Below are positions 1 through 8,922 of a DNA stretch of 64,000 bases, in pieces. Every line of letters starts with the position of its first letter. Position 1 is the stretch's first letter. A program made the translations under genes and the position numbers. A model generated the notes under the pieces. It did not search any database and had not been told where the DNA came from. It saw nothing but the letters and a program-made list of their open reading frames with translations. This DNA is from Candidatus Omnitrophota bacterium (lineage in GTDB: Bacteria; Omnitrophota; Gorgyraeia; Gygaellales; Profunditerraquicolaceae), in NCBI GenBank assembly GCA_041650295.1, contig JBAZLM010000003.1:2933-66932 (forward strand). The letters run 5' to 3'.

Positions 1-958
1 CTGAAGTTGCAAAAACCTGCCAAGATTTATGTGCTTTACTTAATTTTTTACCTAAATCCTGCGCTTGTTTGCGATTATTACAAAGTGCAAATACCGCCGC
101 CCCACTTCCAGACATCATAATTTTTTCTAAGCCTATGTCAGAAAATGCTTTTTTAACCTGATTAATTACAGGATAAAGACTGGTAGTAGCAATTTCTAAG
201 TCATTGATCAGGTATTTGCGCTCAAACCTACTGCCTTTTTCAAGTAACTCAGAAGTTAGCATTTTAACATTACACTTCTTTCTTGTCAACCCCGCACCTT
301 GTTTTATTTCCAACTTTTTCCCATCTTGGATTTGCACAAGGTGCGGGGTCAATCTAGAAAAATGCCTGTCTGCCAGCAGACAGGCATCAAATTTTTCATA
401 AACCAAAGGTGTAGAAACCTTAAGATTAGGATAAATCAGCACAAACCAAAGCTTAAGCTTCCGCAAAGAAGGTAGGGGCGCAATCTTATCTCCGCGTTGG
501 CTACCTATAGCAAATTTAGTATTATAAATAAAGAACGCCACATCGCTACCTAGCTTTGCCCCTAAAGTAGCCAACCTTTTGAGCGATAAATTTAATTTCC
601 AGTATTTATTTAATCCCCAAAGAACAGCCGCGGCATTGCTAGAGCCTCCACCTAAACCTGCTCCCACCGGAATATTCTTTTTAAGCTCTATATCTAAACC
701 TAAATTTATTTTCTTTTCTTCTTTCAATAACTCTACTGCCCGCCAACAAAGATTAGTAGCGTCAATAGGCACAAATTTATGATTACATTTAATTTTAATT
801 AAATTATCCGCGCGATTTCTTAAAGTAATCGCATCGGCTAAATCAATTCGGCAAAATAAAGTACTTAAATTATGAAATTTATCTTGGCGTTTATTTAAAA
901 TTTGCAGATAAAGATTTACTTTGGCGAAGGATTTAACTGATAACAAGGATGGCTTCAT
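1..958 (-). CDS. ispE: 4-diphosphocytidyl-2-C-methyl-D-erythritol kinase (IspE), 3' end beyond window; carries an in-frame 63-bp palindromic insertion
   Basis: Manual translation of the minus strand from ATG at 958: MKPSLLSVKSFAKVNLYLQI...PVGAGLGGGSSNAAAVL...MSGSGAAVFAL. These are GHMP-kinase/IspE motifs. The frame stays open to position 1. The ORF is not in the track because it runs off the window edge. Confidence 0.8.
   Translation of the reverse strand, partial: MKPSLLSVKSFAKVNLYLQILNKRQDKFHNLSTLFCRIDLADAITLRNRADNLIKIKCNHKFVPIDATNLCWRAVELLKEEKKINLGLDIELKKNIPVGAGLGGGSSNAAAVLWGLNKYWKLNLSLKRLATLGAKLGSDVAFFIYNTKFAIGSQRGDKIAPLPSLRKLKLWFVLIYPNLKVSTPLVYEKFDACLLADRHFSRLTPHLVQIQDGKKLEIKQGAGLTRKKCNVKMLTSELLEKGSRFERKYLINDLEIATTSLYPVINQVKKAFSDIGLEKIMMSGSGAAVFALCNNRKQAQDLGKKLSKAHKSWQVFATS
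286..352 (-). repeat. Palindromic element (family 1 core) inserted in-frame within ispE: TTGACCCCGCACCTTGT-N31-ACAAGGTGCGGGGTTGAC
   Basis: A perfect 14-bp inverted repeat at 289-302 and 336-349 has the same CCCCGCACCTT core as the intergenic elements. Its length is 63 bp (21 codons) with no stop in the ispE frame. Confidence 0.6.
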
Positions 959-975
959 CGACTGACTTTTTGTCT

Positions 976-1905
976 TCAAGAAAGGTTAGACAAAACTGCT
1001 TTTTCGATATCTACTGCGGTTAGCCCGTACTCTTTCAAAAGCTCTTCGCTTTCGCCGGATTGGCCAAAACGATTACGCACTCCCACGCGAATAACTTTAA
1101 CCGGATAATTCTCAGCCACCACTTCATCAATACTAGAAGCTAGGCCTCCGATAATATTATGCTCTTCACAAACCACTAACAATTTAGTTTCTTTTGCCGC
1201 TTTAAGAATAACTGCATTATCTAAAGGCCTTACCGAATGCACATTAATTAAACGCACTTTCTTCCCCAACTTTGCTAAACTTTTTACCGCCGCTAAAGCT
1301 TGCGAGACCATAATTCCACAAGCAACAATCGTCGCGTCATTACCTTCAGCAAGAATCTGCGCTTTGCCTAATTCAAATTTTCCTTTTCCTTCAATGGTGG
1401 GAGTTTTTGATCTACCTAAACGAATATAAAACGGTCCCGGTTGATTAGCGGCAGCTATAATCGCATCCGCAGTTTGTGGGCCGTCGCAGGGAACAATAAT
1501 ATTCATATTCGGCAAAACTCGCATTAAAGCAATATCTTCTAATGCTTGGTGACTAGCTCCGTCTGGACCAACCGTAATTCCGGCATGTGTAGCCACAATC
1601 TTAACATTAAAATTATTATAACTAATCGCTAAGCGCACTTGATCCCAAGCGCGCCCTGAGGCAAACACAGCAAAAGTGGAAACAAAAACAGTTTTTCCAC
1701 AACTAGCTAACCCAGCAGCGGTAGCCATCATATTCTGTTCAGCCACCCCCATATTAAAAAATCTCTCCGGAAATTTTTTAGCAAAAAGACTAGTACGCGT
1801 AGAGCTAGATAAATCCGCATCCAACACAACAATATTTTTATTGGCTGCGCCTAAAGTTACCAGCGTCTCGCCATAAACATCTCTTTGAAAAAGTTGTTCA
1901 GCCAT
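976..1905 (-). CDS. tkt: Transketolase, C-terminal (pyrimidine-binding) subunit of a split transketolase
   Basis: 309 aa with motifs HAGITVGPDGASHQALEDIALMRVLPNM. It is adjacent to and stop/start-overlapped with the N-terminal subunit. Confidence 0.85.
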   Translation of the reverse strand: MAEQLFQRDVYGETLVTLGAANKNIVVLDADLSSSTRTSLFAKKFPERFFNMGVAEQNMMATAAGLASCGKTVFVSTFAVFASGRAWDQVRLAISYNNFNVKIVATHAGITVGPDGASHQALEDIALMRVLPNMNIIVPCDGPQTADAIIAAANQPGPFYIRLGRSKTPTIEGKGKFELGKAQILAEGNDATIVACGIMVSQALAAVKSLAKLGKKVRLINVHSVRPLDNAVILKAAKETKLLVVCEEHNIIGGLASSIDEVVAENYPVKVIRVGVRNRFGQSGESEELLKEYGLTAVDIEKAVLSNLS

Positions 1906-2726
1906 TATGCTAATTCCTTTAGAGCTTTTTGGGCTTCTTCTTGAGTGGGAGCTTTCCCATGAAAACCGACTACCCCTTCCATAAAAGAGACTCCTTTACC
2001 TTTAATCGTCCGGGCAATAATAATCGTCGGTTTATTTTTAATAGTTTTGGCTTGTTCATAAGCAGCTAAAATTTGCAGCATATCATGGCCATTAATTTCA
2101 ATTACCTTCCAACCAAATGCTTCCCACTTAGCCGCTAAAGGTTCTAAACCCATAACATCCGCACATTTTCCGTCGATCTGACAACCGTTAGAATCTAGGA
2201 TCGCGCAAAGATTATCACATTTAAAATGCCCGCAGGCCATCGCCGCTTCCCAAACACTACCTTCTTGTATTTCACCATCACCTAATAAACAATACACTCG
2301 ATAATCTTTTTGATCCATCTTGGCCGCCAGGCTCATCCCTAAAGCTACCGAAAGCCCTTGTCCCAATGAACCCGAAGCAGATTCTACACCCGGAGTTTTG
2401 CGGTCCGGATGTCCTTGGAGCATGGAACCTAATTGGCGTAAAGTAAATAATTTTTCTTGAGGAAAATATCCCACTTGCGCTAAAATTGCATACCAAAGCG
2501 GACAGCAATGACCTTTAGACATATGAAAACGGTCGCGATCTGGCCACAGCGGATCGGCAGGATTAAAACGTAAAACATTAAAATATAATGCGGTAATTAA
2601 ATCGGTGGCACTCAGGCTTCCACCCGGATGACCCGAGCCGGCCTTAGCCAACATCTGAATAATTAAACGGCGAGTTTCTTTGGCTTTTGTTTCTAACTCT
2701 TGAACGGTTAATTGTTTATTTGCCAT
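1905..2726 (-). CDS. tkt: Transketolase, N-terminal (TPP-binding) subunit
   Basis: 273 aa with GSGHPGGSLSATDLITALYF and GDGEIQEG TPP motifs. Confidence 0.85.
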   Translation of the reverse strand: MANKQLTVQELETKAKETRRLIIQMLAKAGSGHPGGSLSATDLITALYFNVLRFNPADPLWPDRDRFHMSKGHCCPLWYAILAQVGYFPQEKLFTLRQLGSMLQGHPDRKTPGVESASGSLGQGLSVALGMSLAAKMDQKDYRVYCLLGDGEIQEGSVWEAAMACGHFKCDNLCAILDSNGCQIDGKCADVMGLEPLAAKWEAFGWKVIEINGHDMLQILAAYEQAKTIKNKPTIIIARTIKGKGVSFMEGVVGFHGKAPTQEEAQKALKELA

Positions 2727-3684
2727 GATTGGAAAGCTTGAGTAACTTTTCTTTTATACTGCTTTGCGTAGAATCTAGTTTCAGAGATTTCTCCCAATTT
2801 AATTTTGCACTATCCAGATTGCCTAATTTTAAATAAGTTTCACCCAGGTGATCGTATATCGTCGGTTCACTTAACAAAGCTGCCGCGCGTTCTAATTGCT
2901 GCAAGGCCTCTGGATATTTATTTTTCTTAAAATAATACCAACCCAAACTATCAATATAGGCGCCATTTTGTGGCTCAAAACTTAACGCCTTTTTAATCAT
3001 CTGACCAGCCGCTTCAATATTTTTATTTTGTTCTAAATAAAAGTATCCCAAAAAATTTAAAGCTTCGTGATAATTAGGATTTAATTTTAAAGCGCTGTTT
3101 AATTCTTTCTCTACGGAAGAGTTATCTTTTAAATCAAAATAAATACTACCTAAATATAAATGCGCCTCTGAATCTTTTGGCGCCATCCCCACAATTAACT
3201 TAAAAATTCCTTCAGCTTCTTTTAATTTTTTTTGCTGCAAATAAACTACGCCTAAACTTTTGTAAATTTCAACATTCTTTGGTTCAAGTCTAACCGCATT
3301 CTTTAAAGCAACGGTATATTCCTGCGCCGCTAAATCCGCTTTATCTTGCGCCGCATAAACTAGCGCCAGTATTGCATGCGGTTGAACCGCCTCTGGAGAG
3401 ATCTCCACGGCATCTTTTAAATGTTGCACCGCCAGAACCAAATCATTCTTGCGGATATAAACCGAAGCTAAACTTAAGTGTAGTAAAGCACTCTGTGGAT
3501 CAGCATTAAGTGCTTGACTATACTCCTGCACGGCTCGATCTAAGTCTCCTAAATCTTCAGAGTAAACCCCTAAAATATAGTGACTTAAACCTTGGATATC
3601 TTCTTTGGTATCTGAAGCTCTAGCCGGACAAATAGCTAAAGCCAATGTAAGGCAAATTACACTAATAAGATATTTGAAATTCAA
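2716..3684 (-). CDS. TPR-repeat protein with signal peptide (secreted or lipoprotein)
   Basis: N-terminal hydrophobic signal (LTLALAICPARAS) followed by repeated TPR-like helices (YxxLGxxY patterns). Confidence 0.6.
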   Translation of the reverse strand: MNFKYLISVICLTLALAICPARASDTKEDIQGLSHYILGVYSEDLGDLDRAVQEYSQALNADPQSALLHLSLASVYIRKNDLVLAVQHLKDAVEISPEAVQPHAILALVYAAQDKADLAAQEYTVALKNAVRLEPKNVEIYKSLGVVYLQQKKLKEAEGIFKLIVGMAPKDSEAHLYLGSIYFDLKDNSSVEKELNSALKLNPNYHEALNFLGYFYLEQNKNIEAAGQMIKKALSFEPQNGAYIDSLGWYYFKKNKYPEALQQLERAAALLSEPTIYDHLGETYLKLGNLDSAKLNWEKSLKLDSTQSSIKEKLLKLSNHGK

Positions 3685-3688
3685 AGGT

Positions 3689-3799
3689 TTAACCCTTACC
3701 GCCCCAAGCTCTCTTCTTCAAGTGACGTAGACGACGACGTAATTTCTTACGCTTGTGGGTTTTGATTTTCTGTCGTTTTCTTTTCTTTCCGCAAGGCAT
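3689..3799 (-). CDS. 36-aa extremely basic peptide (bS22/L34-like ribosomal-type peptide?)
   Basis: Manual translation gives MPCGKKRKRQKIKTHKRKKLRRRLRHLKKRAWGGKG*. The gene is too short for the ORF track. Composition and length resemble small ribosomal peptides. Identity is uncertain. Confidence 0.3.
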   Translation of the reverse strand: MPCGKKRKRQKIKTHKRKKLRRRLRHLKKRAWGGKG

Positions 3800-3868
3800 A
3801 ACTATTTCTCCTTTAATAAAAATGTGTCATTGCGAGGAGTCCACCGAAGGCGGACGACGAAGCAATCT

Positions 3869-4753
3869 CTAATAAATAACTTTATTCAGCGGATACTCAA
3901 TAATCCCGCAAGCACCAGCTTCTTTTAACTCCGGGATTAATATGCGCACTACTTTCTCATCAATAATTGTCTCAATCGCTACCCAACCGTCATCACTTAA
4001 ACCAGAAATTGTCGGTTTCTTTAAGGCGGGCAACTTGGCAATAACTTTAGCTAAATCTTCTTTTTTGACATTCATCTTTAAGCCAACTTTATCTTCAGCG
4101 GTAATTGCTCCTTCTAAAAGTAAAGCAATCTGCTCCATCTTGGTTTTCTTCCAATTATCTTGATAAGCACTTTTATTGGCTATAAATTGCGTGGTGGATT
4201 CACAAAGTGTAGCAATTTCAGTTAATTTATTAGCCCGCAGAGAGCTGCCAGTTTCCGTAAGCTCGACGATAGCATCGACTAAACCACCGCTTACTTTAAC
4301 TTCTGTAGCACCCCAACTAAATTCTACTTCCACCTTAACTTTATTTTTCTCAAAATAATCTTTGGTAACATTAACTAACTCTGTAGCAATGCGCTTTCCT
4401 TCTAAATCTTTTACTGTTTTTATACCAGAGTCCTGGGGAACCGCTAAAACCCATCTAACCTTACTCATACTTTGTTTAGCGTAAGTTAAGTTACTGACTC
4501 TAACTACATCAGATTTATTCTCTAAGATCCAATCATTACCGGTGATTCCGCAGTCCAATGCCCCATCTTGCACGTAACGCGACATCTCTTGAGCACGCAA
4601 CAAGGTACATTGAATTTCAACATCATCTATCGACGGGAAATAAGAACGCGAACTAGATAAATTCACATTAAATCCGGCTTTTTTAAGCATCTTAAAGGTC
4701 GCCTCTTGCAGGCTACCCTTAGGCAATCCTAATTTTAAAATCTTATCTTTCAC
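3869..4753 (-). CDS. hisG: ATP phosphoribosyltransferase, long form (HisG). The GTG start lies inside a repeat element
   Basis: 294 aa with KLGLPKGSL near the N-terminus and a C-terminal regulatory domain. The start is GTG at 4753-4751 (no in-frame ATG before the conserved motif). Confidence 0.85.
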   Translation of the reverse strand: MKDKILKLGLPKGSLQEATFKMLKKAGFNVNLSSSRSYFPSIDDVEIQCTLLRAQEMSRYVQDGALDCGITGNDWILENKSDVVRVSNLTYAKQSMSKVRWVLAVPQDSGIKTVKDLEGKRIATELVNVTKDYFEKNKVKVEVEFSWGATEVKVSGGLVDAIVELTETGSSLRANKLTEIATLCESTTQFIANKSAYQDNWKKTKMEQIALLLEGAITAEDKVGLKMNVKKEDLAKVIAKLPALKKPTISGLSDDGWVAIETIIDEKVVRILIPELKEAGACGIIEYPLNKVIY

Positions 4754-4828
4754 CCCGCACCTTCTCCTTATTTATTCTAAACCCTACCCCTTCTTCAATT
4801 CTAAATACCAAGAAGGTGCGGGGTTCAT
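4751..4828 (-). repeat. Family-1 palindromic start-codon element (copy 1): ATGAACCCCGCACCTTCT...GGAGAAGGTGCGGGGTG
   Basis: Inverted 13-nt arms CCCCGCACCTTCT / AGAAGGTGCGGGG. The terminal GTG is the hisG start. The 5' ATG opens uORF MNPAPSWYLELKKG*. An SD-like GAGGAAAG sits 6 nt upstream of that ATG. Confidence 0.6.
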
Positions 4829-4862
4829 CTAACTTTCCTCTAAATAAATTAACAAGCAAATT

Positions 4863-4891
4863 ATTATAACGGGATTAATATATATTGTAAA
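4863..4891 (-). promoter_or_regulatory. Putative sigma70 promoter TTTACA-N16-TTATAAT upstream of the hisG leader element
   Basis: Minus-strand hexamers with 16-nt spacing. They lie about 35 nt upstream of the uORF SD. Confidence 0.3.
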
Positions 4892-4902
4892 GTAAAATAT
4901 CG

Positions 4903-7566
4903 TTAGCCAAGCTCTACTGTGATTACATTGAGCTTTTCTTTTGGTAAGCTGGTGATAACTTCGCGCGTAAAAATCAGAAAGCGAGATTTATCAATGCCCA
5001 GATCCTCAGAATTAAGCCAAAGTTTAGCAATGCGGTATTTGCCGACATCCAAACGATTAGAATTCATAAAAACAATCTTTAACTTTCTATTCGCAAAAAC
5101 CCGATTAATACTTATTTTGTCCGTAAACTTAAACTGCTCTGCCGCCAGCTTTGGTTCAATCAACAAGTCACCATCTTTCCCTCGCACTCCAAATGTCTGC
5201 GTAAGCAAAGTAAAAACGAACCAACTAGCCGAACCAGTTAAATATGGGTACATTCCTTGACCAGCTAGATCAAAATACTCCGGCAGACAAGGATAAATTT
5301 TACTTTTAGTAGTGTTAGTGGCCATTTTATACAATGAACTTAATACTTTCCAACCCTCCTGAGCATAACCTTGTTTATATAATGCATAAGCAAACATCAC
5401 CACCATATGACTAAAAACCGCTCCGTTTTCTTTGTTACCGTAAGCAAATGAAAATGCCCGGCCAAAATTATGCTGCTCTTTCTTAAAATCTGTATTTAAA
5501 CGGATCCCTCCTAAAGAAGAATCATACAAATAGCGATGAACATTATTTAAAATTTCTTTAGTTTGTTTAGAGGTAGCCACCGCACTCATAATCGGAAACA
5601 CCTGCGAGGTCAAGGTCATCTGCAGAAGATTTCCTTGTTTACCGTCAATTCTATTTTTACAATTATCATAATAACCGTTAAAGAACCCTTCCTTTAACCA
5701 TTCATTTTTACGGATATGTTCTTTTATCCAAACGGATTTTTCTTTTAAAGAACGACTTAATGCTTCTGTATTTATACGTATTTTTCTACCGGAAAGATTA
5801 CTTTGAGTTTTAGAAAAATAATTTTTTAATATCTTGTGCTTTTGCGCAATATTCTGATAATTAAAATCGGTGAATAAAATCTTTAACTCTTGCGCCACTT
5901 CGATATCTTTGCGGCTGCATTTTTTTAACAGTTGCGCTAAAGTTTCCAGATTTTGCGCATACATCGCCGAAAAAGTTACGCTTTCGCCATGCTCTTTAGC
6001 CATATCCAAACCATCATTCCAATCAGCGCCTTCTAAACGAATATGATTATGCGCACCGACATTATAAAACTGCACTAAATTTTGCACCAACAGATGTTCT
6101 AAAATTGTACCCTGATAAATTTTACCATTTCTTGTTTTTAATTGATTACCGTAAGTCTGACTCCATTTGTAATCAATATCCTTGGTGCGATTAATCTGAT
6201 GATTCCGAAAATACGTGGCCGGTTCAAATAAAATCTTTAAATCGCCAGTTTCTTGAAGATATAAATCCAAGGTAATTAACGGCCAAACTCCGTGATCCAT
6301 CCAAACGCGACTAATATTATTGCGGTCAGCTACGAATTCACCAGAGTTCTTTCCAATAATCGTCGCATTGGACCCGTCAATTTTAACTCCGCAGAAATTA
6401 TTAATTAAAAGTGGTCGCACTGCTTGCGGATTACTAATAATTAAGCCTAAGCAATCTTGCCAAAGATCACGCCAACCCCGACCACCTTTACCATAATCAA
6501 AATCCGGTAAAAATGAACAACCGAAAATTTTACGCAAAGTAGGCTGAATACTTACCCAACGTAACCAATTATCAAAATCTTGATTACCACTGATAACGTC
6601 TAAAACTTTAGACTTACTGGCCCAATAATCCTTAGTCAACTTAAAATGCTTTTCAACTTTCGCATTACTGCCGAATTTGTTAATCAAGGAATTTAAATTA
6701 CAATCGTTTTGACCAATTCCCATAAGAATAATATAAGTCGCCTGAGAGTTAGGTGCTAAAGTAACTTTGGCAAAACGCAGTGCCCCCATCGGCTCTTTAC
6801 CCTGAATAAATTTCTTTTGAGAAAGCTGATTTTGAAAAACAGCCTCTGGAGATTCTAAGTCCCCAGAATCTCCACAAAAAATTTCCTGCGTTGGATAAAT
6901 ATATTGTGGACCACGACCACCCTGATTACAACCGGCCACAAAATAAACCGTATCGTTGGGCCGATGACCAGATTCATCAAAAAGCAAAGTCGGCTTAACT
7001 TTAATTCCATATTTTTCAGTTTTAATTCTAGTTAATAACGATGTAACTTGACGGTGATCACGCAAATTATCCGCGCTACGTGCATACATGGGAATCGCTG
7101 CATAAGGAATAAAGCTAATTGATTTTTTGCTAATATTAGTAAGTTTAACTTGCATTACTTCTAAAGCATCGTTACAGGCGGGCACAAAAGATAAGATTTC
7201 AGATTTTAAACCAACTGATTTATTCTTGCGACTAACCTTTTGCCAAAGTTGTCCGGCAGATAATTTAAATTTATCCTGTTTTAACTGTTTAAGGTTTTTA
7301 GAAACCCCGGTAGCCGACCAGATCTTTTCTTGATTAACATAAACCCAGAAATTACGTGAGGCCCTAGAAAGTGAAAGGCTAGCTCTGGAGGCTGGTTCAA
7401 ACAAAAAGCTATTGTGGCTACTCTTAATATCACCACTTAAATCAGCCGATATCGACGACATTAAACCCTGATTGCAAAGTGGCAGATGCAGTGACTTTAT
7501 TTTATTAGCAACAAATGATTCAAAGCTGCCCGAATCATCAATAAATTTGTATAGATTATTAGACAT
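4903..7566 (-). CDS. Large (alpha/alpha)6-barrel glycoside phosphorylase/hydrolase, GH94/GH65-like (cellobiose-phosphorylase-like)
   Basis: 887 aa with GWRDLWQDCLG and GADWNDGLD motifs, reminiscent of GH94-type phosphorylases. No signal peptide. Confidence 0.5.
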   Translation of the reverse strand: MSNNLYKFIDDSGSFESFVANKIKSLHLPLCNQGLMSSISADLSGDIKSSHNSFLFEPASRASLSLSRASRNFWVYVNQEKIWSATGVSKNLKQLKQDKFKLSAGQLWQKVSRKNKSVGLKSEILSFVPACNDALEVMQVKLTNISKKSISFIPYAAIPMYARSADNLRDHRQVTSLLTRIKTEKYGIKVKPTLLFDESGHRPNDTVYFVAGCNQGGRGPQYIYPTQEIFCGDSGDLESPEAVFQNQLSQKKFIQGKEPMGALRFAKVTLAPNSQATYIILMGIGQNDCNLNSLINKFGSNAKVEKHFKLTKDYWASKSKVLDVISGNQDFDNWLRWVSIQPTLRKIFGCSFLPDFDYGKGGRGWRDLWQDCLGLIISNPQAVRPLLINNFCGVKIDGSNATIIGKNSGEFVADRNNISRVWMDHGVWPLITLDLYLQETGDLKILFEPATYFRNHQINRTKDIDYKWSQTYGNQLKTRNGKIYQGTILEHLLVQNLVQFYNVGAHNHIRLEGADWNDGLDMAKEHGESVTFSAMYAQNLETLAQLLKKCSRKDIEVAQELKILFTDFNYQNIAQKHKILKNYFSKTQSNLSGRKIRINTEALSRSLKEKSVWIKEHIRKNEWLKEGFFNGYYDNCKNRIDGKQGNLLQMTLTSQVFPIMSAVATSKQTKEILNNVHRYLYDSSLGGIRLNTDFKKEQHNFGRAFSFAYGNKENGAVFSHMVVMFAYALYKQGYAQEGWKVLSSLYKMATNTTKSKIYPCLPEYFDLAGQGMYPYLTGSASWFVFTLLTQTFGVRGKDGDLLIEPKLAAEQFKFTDKISINRVFANRKLKIVFMNSNRLDVGKYRIAKLWLNSEDLGIDKSRFLIFTREVITSLPKEKLNVITVELG

Positions 7567-7572
7567 GAAGAA

Positions 7573-7713
7573 TTAACTTGCGGGAATTTCCGGAGTTGCT
7601 TCCTTTAACTTAGCCATCTTCTTATTTAATTTTGCTAATCTCTTTTCTTCCTGTTTCTTTTTAGCTTGCTGCTCTCTTAAATTTTTTTGAAATGAATAGT
7701 TAACAATGGCCAT
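7573..7713 (-). CDS. 46-aa charged coiled-coil peptide, hypothetical
   Basis: Manual translation gives MAIVNYSFQKNLREQQAKKKQEEKRLAKLNKKMAKLKEATPEIPAS*. The stop lies 7 nt before the GH94-like start. Confidence 0.3.
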   Translation of the reverse strand: MAIVNYSFQKNLREQQAKKKQEEKRLAKLNKKMAKLKEATPEIPAS

Positions 7714-7794
7714 GGCTTCCTTTCGATTAAATTAGATTATTGGCATTATTATAGCTTATTCAAAGATTAAAACAACAAAAACTCTAGCCCTTTA

Positions 7795-7917
7795 TTATTT
7801 TTGTTTCTCCATCGGCTTTCCACAACAAACCAATTCACCTCCGCCAACCTTGGTTACGGTAACCTCATTACCACAAACAGAACATTTATATTTTTCCCCG
7901 ACTTCTTTTACATTCAT
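7795..7917 (-). CDS. Desulforedoxin (Dx-type rubredoxin-like Fe(Cys)4 protein)
   Basis: Manual translation gives [40 protein letters not shown]. This matches the canonical desulforedoxin pattern YKCxxCGxxVxVxxxGGGxLxCCGxxM. The gene is missing from the ORF track. Confidence 0.75.
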   Translation of the reverse strand: MNVKEVGEKYKCSVCGNEVTVTKVGGGELVCCGKPMEKQK

Positions 7918-7952
7918 TTGTCTGCTCCTTTCTAAAATGTTACATTAAAAAA

Positions 7953-8282
7953 TTAAACTCGACAATCACAAAGCTTATTTCGTAAGTTTTCTTTTTGCTT
8001 TTTAAGTGAATCAACAAATTCTATTTGCTTCTTAATTCCTTTGGCTAATTTATAATCAAGTTTACTGTGATGATTATACCCTCTGCTCTGCATCTCTTTA
8101 ATCAAAAGCTTGTGTCTTAAATAAAGCGCGGCTAGCTTACCTTTCCACCTCAAAGTTTCTGGATGCCGAGAATACCCTTTTTTATTTTTGGTTAAAACCG
8201 ACCAGATCGCATGCAACTCTCGATGCTCTCCCAACAAGTGGTTACGACAGAGCTTTTTTGGTGAAATATCCCAAATCCTCAT
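7953..8282 (-). CDS. Pyrimidine-dimer DNA glycosylase (T4 endonuclease V / DenV-like)
   Basis: The N-terminus MRIWDISPKKLCRNHLLGEHRELHAIW aligns with T4 endoV HLMAEYRELPRVF, including the catalytic Glu region. Confidence 0.5.
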   Translation of the reverse strand: MRIWDISPKKLCRNHLLGEHRELHAIWSVLTKNKKGYSRHPETLRWKGKLAALYLRHKLLIKEMQSRGYNHHSKLDYKLAKGIKKQIEFVDSLKKQKENLRNKLCDCRV

Positions 8283-8352
8283 AGCTTTATTCTATGCCAA
8301 AAAAATACCCTCTGCAAGTATTTACTCACAAAAGGTTAACTAAAATTTAATT

Positions 8353-8391
8353 GCTGGGGCCCGATCTGAACGGACGACCTCAAAGTTATAA
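8353..8391 (-). repeat. Degenerate duplicate of the tRNA-Met 3' half (att-like remnant)
   Basis: CTGGGGCCCGATCTGAACGGACGACCTCAAAGTTATAAG versus the tRNA 3' half at 8850-8889 (36/39 identical). Same orientation, about 460 bp apart. Confidence 0.5.
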
Positions 8392-8540
8392 GACTTAAAA
8401 CCTATTTTCCAGCGACTTTTAGTGTTACTCTTTTAGTCGCCTCCTTTCTGTTTAGATGTTTATATTACACTGCTAAAGAAAATCTTGATTAAGTAAAAAA
8501 CTAGTCAATTAAGTCTAGCCCTTTGCGATAATTAATGATA

Positions 8541-8726
8541 CTATTCAAGACTTTTTCCGCCTGGTAGCAACTTTTCCGGAACATCTTTCCTGTTATCTTT
8601 AAGTTTTTTCCTTGCACATTTCTCGTAATTTCCTTTACAGTATTGCTGTATAAAAAAATCAGAAGTAGTTTGTAAATTAAACCACTTATGCATAGGACAT
8701 TCTTCTAAATTAGGACAACTCTCCAT
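8541..8726 (-). CDS. Hypothetical Cys-rich small protein (CPNLEECPMH...YCKGNYEKC)
   Basis: 61-aa ORF between the tRNA-Met gene and its partial duplicate. No recognisable family. Confidence 0.3.
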   Translation of the reverse strand: MESCPNLEECPMHKWFNLQTTSDFFIQQYCKGNYEKCARKKLKDNRKDVPEKLLPGGKSLE

Positions 8727-8845
8727 ATTATGCCTCCTTGTTTAAAACTATCATATCGTAAATCCCAAAATTGTAAACAATTTAAACTACTAAAAAACTA
8801 CAAAAAAAACCCTGCAGCTTATTAAGCTCCAGGGTTTTTAATAAT

Positions 8846-8922
8846 GGTTGCGGGGGCCCGATTTGAACGGACGACCTCAAGGTTATGAGCCTTGCGAGCT
8901 ACCAGGCTGCTCCACCCCGCGA
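8846..8922 (-). tRNA. tRNA-Met (CAT), initiator-like (C1xA72 mismatch), CCA encoded
   Basis: The reverse complement CGCGGGGTGGAGCAGCCTGGTAGCTCGCAAGGCTCATAACCTTGAGGTCGTCCGTTCAAATCGGGCCCCCGCAACCA is close to E. coli tRNA-fMet. Confidence 0.85.

Noticed and set aside
2278-2508. Minus-strand 76-aa ORF inside the transketolase N-terminal gene
   Set aside because: An alternative frame of a strongly supported gene.
7953-8922. Intact prophage or integrative element at tRNA-Met
   Set aside because: Only about 450 bp separate the tRNA from its partial duplicate. No integrase, excisionase or phage genes are present. It is treated as a remnant.
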